Source: Macrostomum hystrix
Taxonomy: Eukaryota > Animalia > Platyhelminthes
DNA length: 64,000 bases
Direction: 5' to 3'
Assembly (NCBI GenBank): GCA_950097015.1
Contig: CATNEN010000002.1
Coordinates: 3,844,001 to 3,908,000 of the forward strand
How positions within the stretch are numbered: position 1 is the stretch's first letter; each line of letters starts with the position of its first letter. Below are positions 1 through 12,700 of the stretch, one piece after another. A program made the translations under genes and the position numbers. Under the pieces are notes generated by a model, which was not told the DNA's origin, made no database searches, and was given only the letters and a program-made list of their open reading frames with translations.

Positions 1-9
1 TCAGTATTG

Positions 10-2210
10 TGCCAGTGCAGGTAGTGGGTGAGACGTCAGTGGAGGCAGTGGGTGAGATGCCAGTGGAGGCAGTGGGTGAGATGCCAGTGGAGACAATCGG
101 TGAGATGTCAGTGGAGGCAGTGGGTGAGATGCCAGTGGAGACAATAGGTGAGATGCCAGTGGAGACAATAGGTGAGATGCCAGTGGAGACAATAGGTGAG
201 ATGCCAGTGGAGACAATAGGTCAGATGCCATTGGAGGCAGTGGGTGAGATGCCAGTGGAGGCAGTGGGTGAGATGCCAGTGGAGGCAGTGGGTGAGATGC
301 CAGTGGAGACAATAGGTGAGATGCCAGTGGAGGCAGTGGGTGAGATGCCAGTGGAGACAATAGGTGAAATGCCAGTGGAGGCAGTGGGTGAGATGCCAGT
401 GGAGGCAGTGGGTGAGATGCCAGTGGAGGCAGTGGGTGAGATGCCAGTGGAGACAATAGGTGAAATGCCAGTGGAGGCAGTGGGTGAGATGTCAGTGGAG
501 GCAGTGGGTGAGATGCCAGTGGAGACAATAGGTGAGATGTCAGTGGAGGCAGTGGGTGAGATGCCAGTGGAAGCAGTGGGTGAGATGCCAGTGGAGACAA
601 TAGGTGAGATGTCAGTGGAGGCAGTGGGTGAGATGCCAGTGAAAGCAGTGGGTGAGATGCCAGTGGAGACAATAGGTGAGATGCCAGTGGAAGCAGTGGG
701 TGAGATGTCAGTGGAGACAATAGGTGAAATGCCAGTGGAGGCAGTGGGTGAGATGCCAGTGGAGGCAGTGGGTGAGATGCCAGTGGAGGCAGTGGGTGAG
801 ATGCCAGTGGAGACAATAGGTGAGATGTCAGTGGAGGCAGTGGGTGAGATGCCAGTGAAGACAATAGGTGAGATGTCAGTGGAGGCAGTGGGTGAGATGC
901 CAGTGGAGACAATAGGTGAGATGTCAGTGGAGGCAGTGGGTGAGATGTCAGTGGAAGCAGTGGGTGAGATGCCAGTGGAGGCAGTGGGTGAGATGCCAGT
1001 GGAGACAATAGGTGAGATGCCAGTAGAGGCAGTGGGTGAGATGCCAGTGGAAGCAGTGGGTGAGATGCCAGTGGAGACAATAGGTGAGATGTCAGTGGAG
1101 GCAGTGGGTGAGATGCCAGTGAAGACAATAGGTGAGATGTCAGTGGAGGCAGTGGGTGAGATGCCAGTGGAGACAATAGGTGAGATGTCAGTGGAGGCAG
1201 TGGGTGAGATGTCAGTGGAGGCAGTGGGTGAGATGTCAGTGGAAGCAGTGGGTGAGATGCCAGTGGAGACAATAGGTGAGATGTCAGTGGAGGCAGTGGG
1301 TGAGATGCCAGTGAAGGCAGTGGGTGAGATGCCAGTGGAGGCAGTGGGTGAGATGCCAGTGGAGACAATAGGTGAGATGCCAGTAGAGGCAGTGGGTGAG
1401 ATGCCAGTGGAAGCAGTGGGTGAGATGCCAGTGGAGACAATAGGTGAGATGTCAGTGGAGGCAGTGGGTGAGATGCCAGTGGAAGCAGTGGGTGAGATGC
1501 CAGTGGAGACAATAGGTGAAATGCCAGTGGAGGCAGTGGGTGAGATGCCAGTGGAGGCAGTGGGTGAGATGCCAGTGGAGACAATAGGTGAGATGTCAGT
1601 GGAGGCAGTGGGTGAGATGCCAGTGGAAGCAGTGGGTGAGATGCCAGTGGAGACAATAGGTGAGATGTCAGTGGAGGCAGTGGGTGAGATGCCAGTGGAG
1701 GCAGTGGGTGAGATGTCAGTGGAGGCAGTGGGTGAGATGCCAGTGGAAGCAGTGGGTGAGATGTCAGTGGAGACAATAGGTGAAATGCCAGTGGAGGCAG
1801 TGGGTGAGATGCCAGTGGAGGCAGTGGGTGAGATGCCAGTGGAGGCAGTGGGTGAGATGCCAGTGGAGACAATAGGTGAGATGCCAGTGGAGGCAGTGGG
1901 TGAGATGCCAGTGGAGGCAGTGGGTGAGATGCCAGTGGAGACAATAGGTGAGATGTCAGTGGAGGCAGTGGGTGAGATGTCAGTGGAGGCAGTGAGTGAG
2001 ATGTCAGTGGAAGCAGTGGGTGAGATGCCAGTGAAGACAATAGGTGAGATGTCAGTGGAGGCAGTAGGTGAGATGCCAGTGAAGGCAGTGGGTGAGATGC
2101 CAGTGGAGACAATAGGTGAGATGCCAGTGGAGGCAGTGGGTGAGATGCCAGTGGAGGCAGTGGGTGAGATGCCAGTGGAGACAATAGGTGAGATGCCAGT
2201 GGAGGCAGTG
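10..2210. repeat. 24-bp minisatellite, about 91 copies (GCCAGTGGAGGCAGTGGGTGAGAT and the variant GCCAGTGGAGACAATAGGTGAGAT)
   Basis: Direct tandem periodicity of 24 nt with a few recurring substitutions. It gives long repeat ORFs in three frames (MPVEAVGE, ISPTASTG, HPLPPLAS), which are not supported as real proteins. Confidence 0.97.
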
Positions 2211-3779
2211 TTACTGCACAAGCATGAAAAATTGACCAACACAGAGTCTAGTATCAGCAAGTTTTACTGGCTACAGAAAGACCACATTCTCTAGAATCTG
2301 CAAATGAAATCCATGCTTGCTAATTAACTAATTTATTTCAAGGCCACTCAACAGGCTTTGGTTTATCCATACATTGTTCAGTCTTTAGGAGGAGCCACAA
2401 GTAAAGGTATTTCTCCCTTAAAGCAAAAATAGATGGGGCAGTTAAAAGTACAAGCAAACAAAATCTAATTGTTGCAGATCTGCCTATAAACATATAATTA
2501 CTAATTTTATATTAACTTAACTAGAAATGAACTGAATGGCATAGGACAGGTATCGGGTCTATTGTTACAGAGGGAGGCTGGAGCGCCCTGAAGTGTGAAA
2601 AGCGCGTCGCATACGTAGATTGCAAGCAAATTAAGAGGCCCAGACAGGTCAGTCTGTTCTGACAGATTTTCCATCTGCGCTACTCAGAGTAGCATTGGCA
2701 GCATTTTTATTTTCTTTGATCAATTTCAAAGAAATTTAATTGAGAAGCGTAGAATCCTGACGAAACAAAAATATTGTTAGTGGAATCTAGACTTTCAATA
2801 TTTAGCAGCCCAAAAGTTTAAAATTTCGAAAACTCAGTTTTTATTCTTATTTATTGACAAAAACGAAAACAGCACGCGAAAGTGAATGAATGTAGACGAG
2901 ACGCACACAAACTGAATAAATATTCGACAAAAACTGCCAGCCACCTAAGTGAATGAATTACGACAAAGAAATCAATTATCAAAGAGGAAAAGTGATATTT
3001 AGTTGCACTTATACATATGTTTTCGTGTTTATAGTTAAAGGAGAATGAAGAATATGAAATAAAAGGTTGAAAAAAGCAGCACACACGGATACGCAGTTAG
3101 CAGCACTTATTCTGTTGCGGCAATAATTAACAGAGGGGCCTACACTTTAGACTAACAGGTGGAGCATTATCTTAATAAGGCTTTTCATTCTAGATGGCCA
3201 TTTCTCACTGAAATGTGTACAGTCGCTATTCGCTATTCAAATTAAACAATATATTTTAGTAGACACTGGCAACAAACACAGAAAATGAATTCGGATGCAA
3301 TGCGGGGAAGTAAAATTATATTTAATGTGCAAACTGTACAGTTGCTTCCATGCGACAATAATTAATTGGATATTTCAAAGGTAAAGATTGCTGGGATAAA
3401 AAGGAGTTAGATAATAGTAGGATGAAGAGGGGTATAACTTAGGATAAAGAGTGGTGGGATAATCGTAGGATAAATCGAACTGGGATAATTGTGGGACAAA
3501 AGGGACTGGGAAATTTTAGGTTATGAAAGGAGGGGTTGATTTATATAAAATAAAACTAGGAAAATGTCCATTTTTAAATAGACATGGGATCAAATATGGT
3601 ATTAGACAAGAACGGTATTTGATCCAATAAGATGAAATCGGAATGTGAAGTTAAGAATATTAATGGGGATAGCATAACGATATTGGAGAAGTCACCTAAC
3701 AGTACAGACAAAAACGATATTTTATTTCTTCGACACAGTTAAAACCTGCATGACCCATCCAAAGGCGTACAAGCCCTCC

Positions 3780-6700
3780 CTACTTGACAAAGTTCTGCTC
3801 CAACGGCGGCTCCTCGGAGGCGTCCATCGGCACGCTGGGCCGCCGGATGTACTCAGGACTGGCCGCGCCCCTGGCGCACTCGGCCGAGATTCTCACTTCG
3901 CACACATCAGAGCCGGGCGTCTCGTAGCGGGCAGCCAGCAGCAGCGACTCAAGGATGGCTCGAAGGCCGCGGGCTCCGGTCTGGCGACGTTGGGCCTGAT
4001 GAGCGATCTCAAGCAGAGCCTCCTCAGTCACCTGCGCGATGGGAGATGGGATAATGAGGCATGGGAATAAATTGTTGGAATCCGATGGGATAATGAGGAT
4101 TGGGAATAAATTGTTGGAATCCGATGGGATAATGAGGATTGGGAATAAATTGTTGGAATCCGATGGGATAATGAGGATTGGGAATAAATTGTTGGAATCC
4201 GATGGGAGATAGGATAAAATGTAATAATCAGAACGGAAATGGGATAAAAGTTGTTAATCTAGTGGGAGATAGAATAAAAGATGTATTTATATAGTAGAAC
4301 ATGGGATAAAAGTATAGAACTCTAATGGGAGATGGGACAGAATGTTGGCCAGAGTTGCCCAGACCTCCAGGTTGCACTGGTCCATGCCGAACAGCAGTTT
4401 GTACTGGCTGATAAGGGCATTCCTTGGCTCCACGAGAATCCTGGCCAGCATGGCGGCGTCCAGGCTGTGCAGGACGCTGATGACAGGGAAGCGGCCGACG
4501 AACTCCGGGATCATGCCGAAGTCGATGAGGTCGCGAGCTTCAACCCTGGCCAGCACGCGGTCGTCGTCCATCAGCGGGTCGCCAGTTGATACCGGCTGGT
4601 TGAAGCCGACGCCCCGCTGCTGCTCCCGGCGCCTGACAATCTTGGCGAGGCCGTTGAAGGCGCCGGATGCGATGAACAGAATGTTGGAGGTGTCCACGGC
4701 TACAGTCTCACCGCGCTCGCGACGATTGCCTGCGGGAGGGCAGGTGTGAAATGGGATATTTCAGTTGGCATTTAAGATTCTAAAAATATGGATATTTAAC
4801 AGATTGGGATAGCAGATTAAGTGATAAAAACAAAAGTAGCTTAACATTCGAACTTCTGACGTCTCGGAGAAGTCCGAATCTGTAATCACTAGGGGACAAT
4901 TTCCTAATCCCTAGATTGGGATTAATGATAAACTAGAGGGGTTGAGGCATGGTTGTTACAGTGGCGGACTCATCACTTAAAAGCCGAGGGTTAAACTCCC
5001 GAAAGCAGTTTACCCAGTCTGTGTCTTTCTCAGGTGAGGGTACTGTGGCCTCCCCCAGTCCAAGGACTGAACAGGCATACGCAGCTTTCAGATGCGCCAC
5101 GGAATGCGCGACTGCACATCTTGCCTAATTAAGGCAGGTGTAATAAATTATCCATTATTATAGAGCAGTCCACAGGCGGGGGTCAGTGTCTGAGCGGTCT
5201 GACGCGTTTGCCTCTTGCACCAAGGTCCTTGAGCTCGATTCCGCGGCGAGGCCACATTCATTTGGGGCCCAGCCGCGGAGAGAAGGCTTGGGGGCTTGTC
5301 GTGCAATTCACGCCCTTAAGGGCCAACCTCCAAGGCACAGTGAGAGTGTACACTGCCTGACGATGAGAAAGTCGTGTGTGCTCAGGAGTCAACGGAATGA
5401 GCAGAATTGCATCCTCACTGGCTGAGGCCGTCTATTGTGAACAAATGATGCGCCATTGCCAGCAGCCCTCCTGCAATTATTAATTCATTGTCGCCTCACC
5501 CTTCGGTGCGTTGACAATGGTGCCCTCGACCATCTTGAGCATGCCCTGCTGGACGCCTTCCCCGCCGACGTCCCGCGTGGCGTGCAGCCCGCCTACCCGG
5601 CTGCTGATCTTGTCGATCTCGTCCAGGAACACAATGCCACTTTCGGCTCGGTCGACATTGAACCCGGCATCCTGCAGCAGCTTGCCGATGACGGATTCGA
5701 CATCTTCGCCAACGTAGCCAGCCTGGGTGAGGGTGGTGCAGTCGCAGATGGCGAAGGGCACATCCAGGCACTGGGCCAGGGTCTGGGCTAGCAGGGTCTT
5801 GCCGCAGCCTGTGGGTCCCAGCAGCAGGATGTTGCTCTTGTCAATGCGGGTCCTGTGCTGCTCCAGCTGCATCTGCTCCGAGCCGCGACCGTCGCGAGAG
5901 AAGCCGCCGTCGGGTCCTGAGCCGCCGGAAGCGGAAGACGATTTGCCGCTACCGGCGCCCGAGTTGAAGCGAAGGCCGCCGAGGCCGCCGACGCCTCCTG
6001 CTGCGCCGCTGCCACCACGCGGTCCAAGTACAGAGCCGTGCGGACTACTGGTGACTCCGGTCATGTGCATCAGGTCTGGAGTTGGGGAACAGCATGGCTT
6101 TTTCATAACCGATTCCTAAATATTGGTCATTCTTCGTGAGTCATTTCTGGTTTTGGGTCATTATTCATAAGTTATTCCTAAATATTAGTCATTGTTCGTG
6201 GCCGTTTCAAATCTAGGTCATTGTTGGTGACCCATTCCTAATTTAGGTCATAGTTCGCGAGTCTATCCTTGACTAGTTCATGAATCAGTCATGAGTCATT
6301 TATTGATTTGGGTCATTGTTCGTGAGGCGTTCCAAGTTTTGCGTCATTTTTCGAAATCAAATCGAAACTAAATTTAGTTTATTGTCCGTGACTCATTCAT
6401 CCAGTTGGATCATTTTTGATAACTAATTTCTAGTTTGGGTCTTTCTTCATTACCGCTTCCTAAAACATGATGCAAAAATAACAGATTTCTGATTTGAAAA
6501 TCTGTTAAACAATGAAAGGAACAAACCAAACGAATGTCGAATAGTTTAACTGTCTAAGAATGCTACTTAAATATAAAAACAAACTAAACTTTAATTGATA
6601 CCTTTAACACTACGAGGCTTTTTATTTAAAGCCTTGTCTAGAGCGCTGCTGATCGAGTCGGCTAAATCATAAAACATAATCGCGCAAGTTAATTACGATT

Positions 6701-9700
6701 ATATCGATGGTTGCTAATGACGCTATATGGTTAAGGACAGATGAGGACAGGACAAGACAGATGAGGATAGGACAAGATAGATAAGCACAGGACAAGTCAT
6801 ATGGGGACACTGGGACAGATAAATCAAATGGCGCAGGTCACCAACTCACCGGCGGTGGTGAAAGCCTCCGGACCGCCGAAGCCGCCGCCTGCGGCTGCGC
6901 CTCCGGCGCCATCGCGCAGAGTCAACTGGCCGCCAAGCGGCTGGGCGGAGGCGGCCGCGACCTGCTGCTGTTGCAGGATGAGGCCCTCGCGGTGGTGCTG
7001 CAGTCGGCGATAGTGTGAGTACACCTGGACGCTAAGCATACGCTTGGCCGAGCTCTGGCCGACCACGTACTTGTCCAAATAGGCGTTGATCTGAGTGTCA
7101 ATAGGGCGGTGGGAGAATGGGATTTAGAATTTTCAACACTACAATGCTCTAGATGATAAAAACCGGAATTATAGAGATAAATGTGTTTGATAAATCTTGG
7201 GACCAGGATTTGGGATTATGGGGGTTAAAGGATTACATAATTTTGGGATGAAAGGTTTCGGGGCCAAAAGATTCGGGAATCGTGGGAGGAGGATTGGAGA
7301 GCATGGAGATACAGGATTTGGAAATCTTGGGACGAGGATTTAGGATTATGGGGATAAAGGATTCGGGAATCTTGAGAGGAGGGTTTGGGATTATCGGGAT
7401 AAAGGATTCGGGAATCTTGGAAGGAGGATTTGGGATTATGGGGATAAAGGATTCGGGAATCTTGGAAGGAGGGTTTGGGATTATGGGGATAAAGGACTTC
7501 GGGAATATTGGAAGGAGGATTTGGGATTATGGGGATAAAGGATTCGGGAATCTTGGAAGGAGGATTTGGGATTATGGGACAAAGGATTTGGGAATCTTGG
7601 GAGGAGGGTTTTGGATTATGGGGATAAAGGATTTGGGAATCTTGGGACGAGGATCTGGGATTATGGGGATAAAGGATTCGAGAATCTTGGAAGGAGGGTT
7701 TGGGATCATGGGGATAAAGGACTTCGGGAATCTTGGAAGGAGGATTTGGGATTATGGGGATAAAGGACTTTGGGAATCTTGGGAGGAGGATTTTGGGATT
7801 ATGGAAATAAATTATCTAGGAACATGGGAATAGAGGATATTGGACATTGATAAATGAAGGATGCGGGATTATGGGGATAATCAAAGTATCTAGGATCTTT
7901 CTTGTTTTTTGGATCTGTGACTAATGTGATAAAAGGTCTTTACCTTCTTAGGATAGGGGATCTCCTTCTCCTTCACAGAGTCCGATGCCTTGGCGGCGTC
8001 GTCGCGACCCTCCGGCTGGCAGAGGAAGAACTGCTGACAATTGCTGCACTGGAGAAACACGCTCACTGCCATTTAAAACGGAACAAGTATGAATTAAATA
8101 GGGTTAATAAAGGATAGGTTATCATTTTGAGTAAAGCATATCCCATTCATATAATTATTATATGTCTTAAAATTTAATCGATCAAGATATCTATACAAAT
8201 TTTAGATTTTACAACAACGATTTAACGAAATAACGAAAAGTAAAGACCCGAATACTCATTTGGATGGCATTGAACAATATTTCCGCATAGGAAAATAAAG
8301 TTTTCGGTGTGGAAAGGGATTTGAAAGGGATTAAAATCGATAAGTTTTTTTGACTAAAAAATTCTTAAATTTCGGATTGGGGGAAATGGGGATTGAGAAT
8401 TTGGAACCGAACTGTTAGGGATCTAGGATTTGGGATCGGAATGCTAGGGATCAGAATCTGGGATCGGAATGCTAGGGATCTAGAATTTGGGATCGGAATG
8501 CTACGGATCTAGGATTTGGGATCGGAATGCTAGGGATCTAGAATTTGGGATCGGAATGCTAGGGATCTAGGATTTGGGAACGGAATGCTAGGGATCTAGG
8601 ATTTGGGAACGGAATGCTATGGATCAGAATTTGGGATCGGAATGCTAGGGATCTAGAATTTGGGATCGGAATGCTAGGGATCTAGGATTTGGGATCGGAA
8701 TGCTAGGGATCTAGGATTTGGGATCGGAATGCTAGGGATCTAGGATCTGGGATCGGAATGCTAGGGATCTGGGATTTGGGATCGGAATGTCAGGGATCTA
8801 GGATTGGGCATCCAGTAATCAAAGACTCACATCCCGATGCGTTCATTGGCGAAATGGTCATCGCTCCACAATTCGGGCACTGCATAGTGGACGAAAAGTG
8901 TCCACCGCCGCCGCCAGCGGAGGCGCCTTTCTTTCCGCCGCGACCGCCGCCGACATTGCCGCCGGCGCCGGGAGAAGCCGACTTTCGACCGCCGCTGCCG
9001 CCGCCGTTGCGAGCACCGCCGCCGCCTCCGCCGTTCGACCCACCCAGACCGCTGCTGCTACCGTAAGAGCAGCGGGCAGCAGCCAGGCTGAAGTGTCTCT
9101 GCTGCCACTTGTTCAGTCTTAGAGTGTGCTGCGTCACCCGACTGTGACCGCACAGGGAGCCGCTAGCAGATGTCGAAGCCAGGACAGCGCATCGTGGGCC
9201 CACTAGATTGTTAGTTTGATGTTGGCATAAGATTGTATGACATGTTATGCTAGCTATGGTAGTTGGATTGTAGCAATGGAACTTACATATAAACAGACAT
9301 ACTCCATGAGACAGTCCCTTGAGGTAAGCCACCTTGGAAGTCATGCAGGCCAGCTGAAGAATATTAAAAACTCACTGTTTTTGTTTCTATTGTTTATTAT
9401 TAAATAACTTTTTAACCAAAGCATATAAACTTTCCACTTTCAACTATATACTACACTAGGCTGTAATGCCAACTGGCTAATATAATTAAAAAAGCATACA
9501 AACAGTAGATAAACTGTTCTGCATTATGTGTAACTATAACTATAGTTTATCTAAGCTAGGAATAAACAATTAATTGATCAGCTTAGTTGCTTAAAAATAG
9601 TTTAAGCTGTTGCTATGGTACTCGTACAATGCTATTAAGGCTCACTTATTGATATAAAATATTTGAATGATAGAATAGATTAAACTTTATCTTAATTTTA

Positions 9701-12700
9701 TGTTCTATATTAATGTCATGGTAATAAGATTATAAGACCACTTAATTGACAGAGATAGTGTTAAATAAAGCAGCTGCCCCAATTGGGCTAGATGAGTACT
9801 GACAGAACAGCTGCTTGCAAATTGTGTCTTTAATGTGTCTTGCTAAAGGACCTGAATTTTTTGGCAGTGGCCATTTTGACAATGAAGACACGGTAGACAC
9901 CAGTATTTAAGTAATTTACCACTGATTATTGGATACCATATCTTAGATCCCTAACATTCCAATCCTAAATCCTTAAGGCCTATTATTCCAATTTCCTAGC
10001 ATGGAAGTGTATTGCCTGGTGCTCCATGTACATTTATCAATTATCACACTGTTGCAATTATCATCCAATTCACATTGTTTAACCCCATGCTGCCCCATCT
10101 TATCTTGTTCATGCTGGCTCACTCACCTGTTAGCCAATATAATAAACTGATAATGGGCTTTGGGCCCAAACTGGCCTCATCATCAACACTCCACAAATCA
10201 GTAGCCTTTTTCTTTACAGCATCTCCTATGCTTATATCTAAGGCTGCCAACCTGCTCAAGCTCACATTGGGCTTGGAAGTGGCTCCCTCGATGCCAGGGC
10301 CTAATCTCCCTATCAATGCTGCTCACTGGCAGCTAATGTGAGCTGCTCTGGAGACCATCAGCAATGCCGACAACTATGCTTGTAGTGACCAGGAAGCCCT
10401 TGTCTGCCACGCTCTGCCAATGTTGCCTGATGCTGCTAGGCCAATGCCTCTGCAATAATAATCACAATTGCAGTTGACCACTTGCTTACATTCTGCTGAA
10501 TCAGCAAGAGGCCTGGCTACATAGAAGAAAAGCCCATTACCGCACCTACTGAAGACTGCCTATGATGACTTGACATTAATTGGCACTAAACTAGGGCAGA
10601 GCTAACCTAGTTAATTGTAATTCTGACATTCAAAGTTTGGTACTCTAGAGTCTAAGTATTAATAAGTGTGAGTCACATATCTCATACCTTTGCAGAATTC
10701 AACTAATTGCTCATCTATTCTAGTCTTGAAAAATGATAACTTTATATCTGATTTTTTCAAAATTAGATACCAGATATTCCAAAGTCTAGCCTAAGCTGCA
10801 TCGACAGATTGCTTTAGGTGAAGAAGAATGCTAGGCCTAGTTCATTTTACAGATTCTGCTAAAACTAGAGCCAGTATGTATATAATGTACCTATTTTGTA
10901 TAATGGTTTCTCATAGGCCTATAAATAATGATTTATGTTTAAGTATGAGAAGTTAATGTATGCTTTTTCCTAGAAATATTATAATAATATGTTTATTTCT
11001 CTATTATGTTCTAAATGCTCTATAATTTTTTAATGTTCTTATGCCAACCTCATTTCCCAGTATAAATGTGTTTAACAGTGTTTTGTCATCTAAAATCTCA
11101 ATGTCTGCTAGTTAGAGTTCAGGAGAAAAACAGATGTGCTAGAATAGCAGTTTTTGTTTAATATACAGTTCTTGTGCCAGTAATTTGGTTGAAGAGTTGC
11201 AATGCTGATTGGTTGAAATATAGGCTAATACAGAAAGTAAGATGGGTTAAAGTAAAGTAATAAGAGAGCAGAATACAATTTGTTTGACTGGTAAACCTCC
11301 AGTCCACTAGAAGCCTTTGAAGACTAGATAGACAAAATAATATATAAACAACAAGTAATTCAATAAGATTAGAAAGTTTGAAAGCATTTACCACTTGGGC
11401 ACTCATTATTATTTGCTACCACAGTAGGCCTAATTGGTTATATAAATAATAGTGTTTTACTCCCTATAATTATACAAGTTTATTATAGTACAAGTTAATA
11501 AAGAAAGGTTGATTATAATTTTTACCATATGGCAGTTTATAACATTAAGTAATTTACTGTATAAGAAAAGAGCCCTAGGCTAGGCTTATAACAGTCCCAG
11601 GTCATTTTGGTGACAAGACATTTCAGTGACAGTCATTTCAGTGACAACTCTAGTCATTTTGGTGACAGAATTGGTCAGTTCGGCAACAACTTTTTTTGCA
11701 CCTGAATATGCTGAGAAAACAGCCATCCATGTTAACTAGGCATACCTAGATTAAGTATTATCAAATAATGATGCACGAATTTGTTTGAATCAATGTTTGG
11801 TGCCAATGGCAGGTCTTTGTTTTTTAACTTTCCAATGGTACTTTCGAGTAGTTTGGATACTTTCTACTTGAAAAAATAGCAAATTAGCTCAAGAAGATTC
11901 AAACAGTTGTTCTGTCTTTTCTCTGAATTAATTGTTGATTATTCTGATTTTAAGTCACACATAGAATGACTGCAGCAGTCTATACTATAAACTCTGAAAA
12001 GGACAAGCAATCAGTATGTCAATTTTCAAGTTTGCTACTTGCTAAGTCTACTTCCTTAAAGTTAAGCTTGCATTATTGAGTAATTCTGCCAGAATTCTGG
12101 CACATGAGCTAATTCTGGCCACATTTGAGCAGTATACAGACTGGATGAATCCGTCTCTATAGGAAGAAGAAAATTCACTAAGCTCTCCACAGAGTGTTGC
12201 ACATACATGCGCAACACTCGGCCGACCCGGCCGAACTGGCCGGGTGAAACGAGGGCCAAGCAAGGTAAGTCGCAAAAACCAATCGACCAAGCGCAAAAAA
12301 ATCAAAGGGGGGACCAAGGGACAAAAAAGGAAGACGTGAAGAAAAGGAAAAAGGGGAGAGAAAAAGAGCAAATGAGAGCAAACTAAGTCGTAAATAGAGC
12401 AATGAAACGAACTAAGTCGCAAATGAGAGCAAAAACTAAGTCGCACGGCCGGCTAAGATTTGGGAGGTTGCGCATGTATGATGGTTGCTATGGTTTTAGC
12501 TGGTTGAATAATGACACTGAAATTAAATGTGAATAAGTAGCTAAATGCCAGTATCCAGTTATATTGCAGTTGTAGGCCTAGTTGCATTTCTGTAAAAACA
12601 AACATATTATACATATTCAATTATAAATGAATAACTATTGAAACTATCAACTAGGCATACTCATTAAATCGTTTAATTTAAAGTAAAACTCAGACTCAAT

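Noticed and set aside
7282-7833. Gly-rich 183-aa plus-strand ORF
   Set aside because: Translation of the 45-bp intronic repeat, antisense to ClpX.
9780-10620. Mixed-composition stretch with short ORFs in ClpX intron 1
   Set aside because: No recognisable motif in any frame I translated; probably an old repeat, but this cannot be supported.
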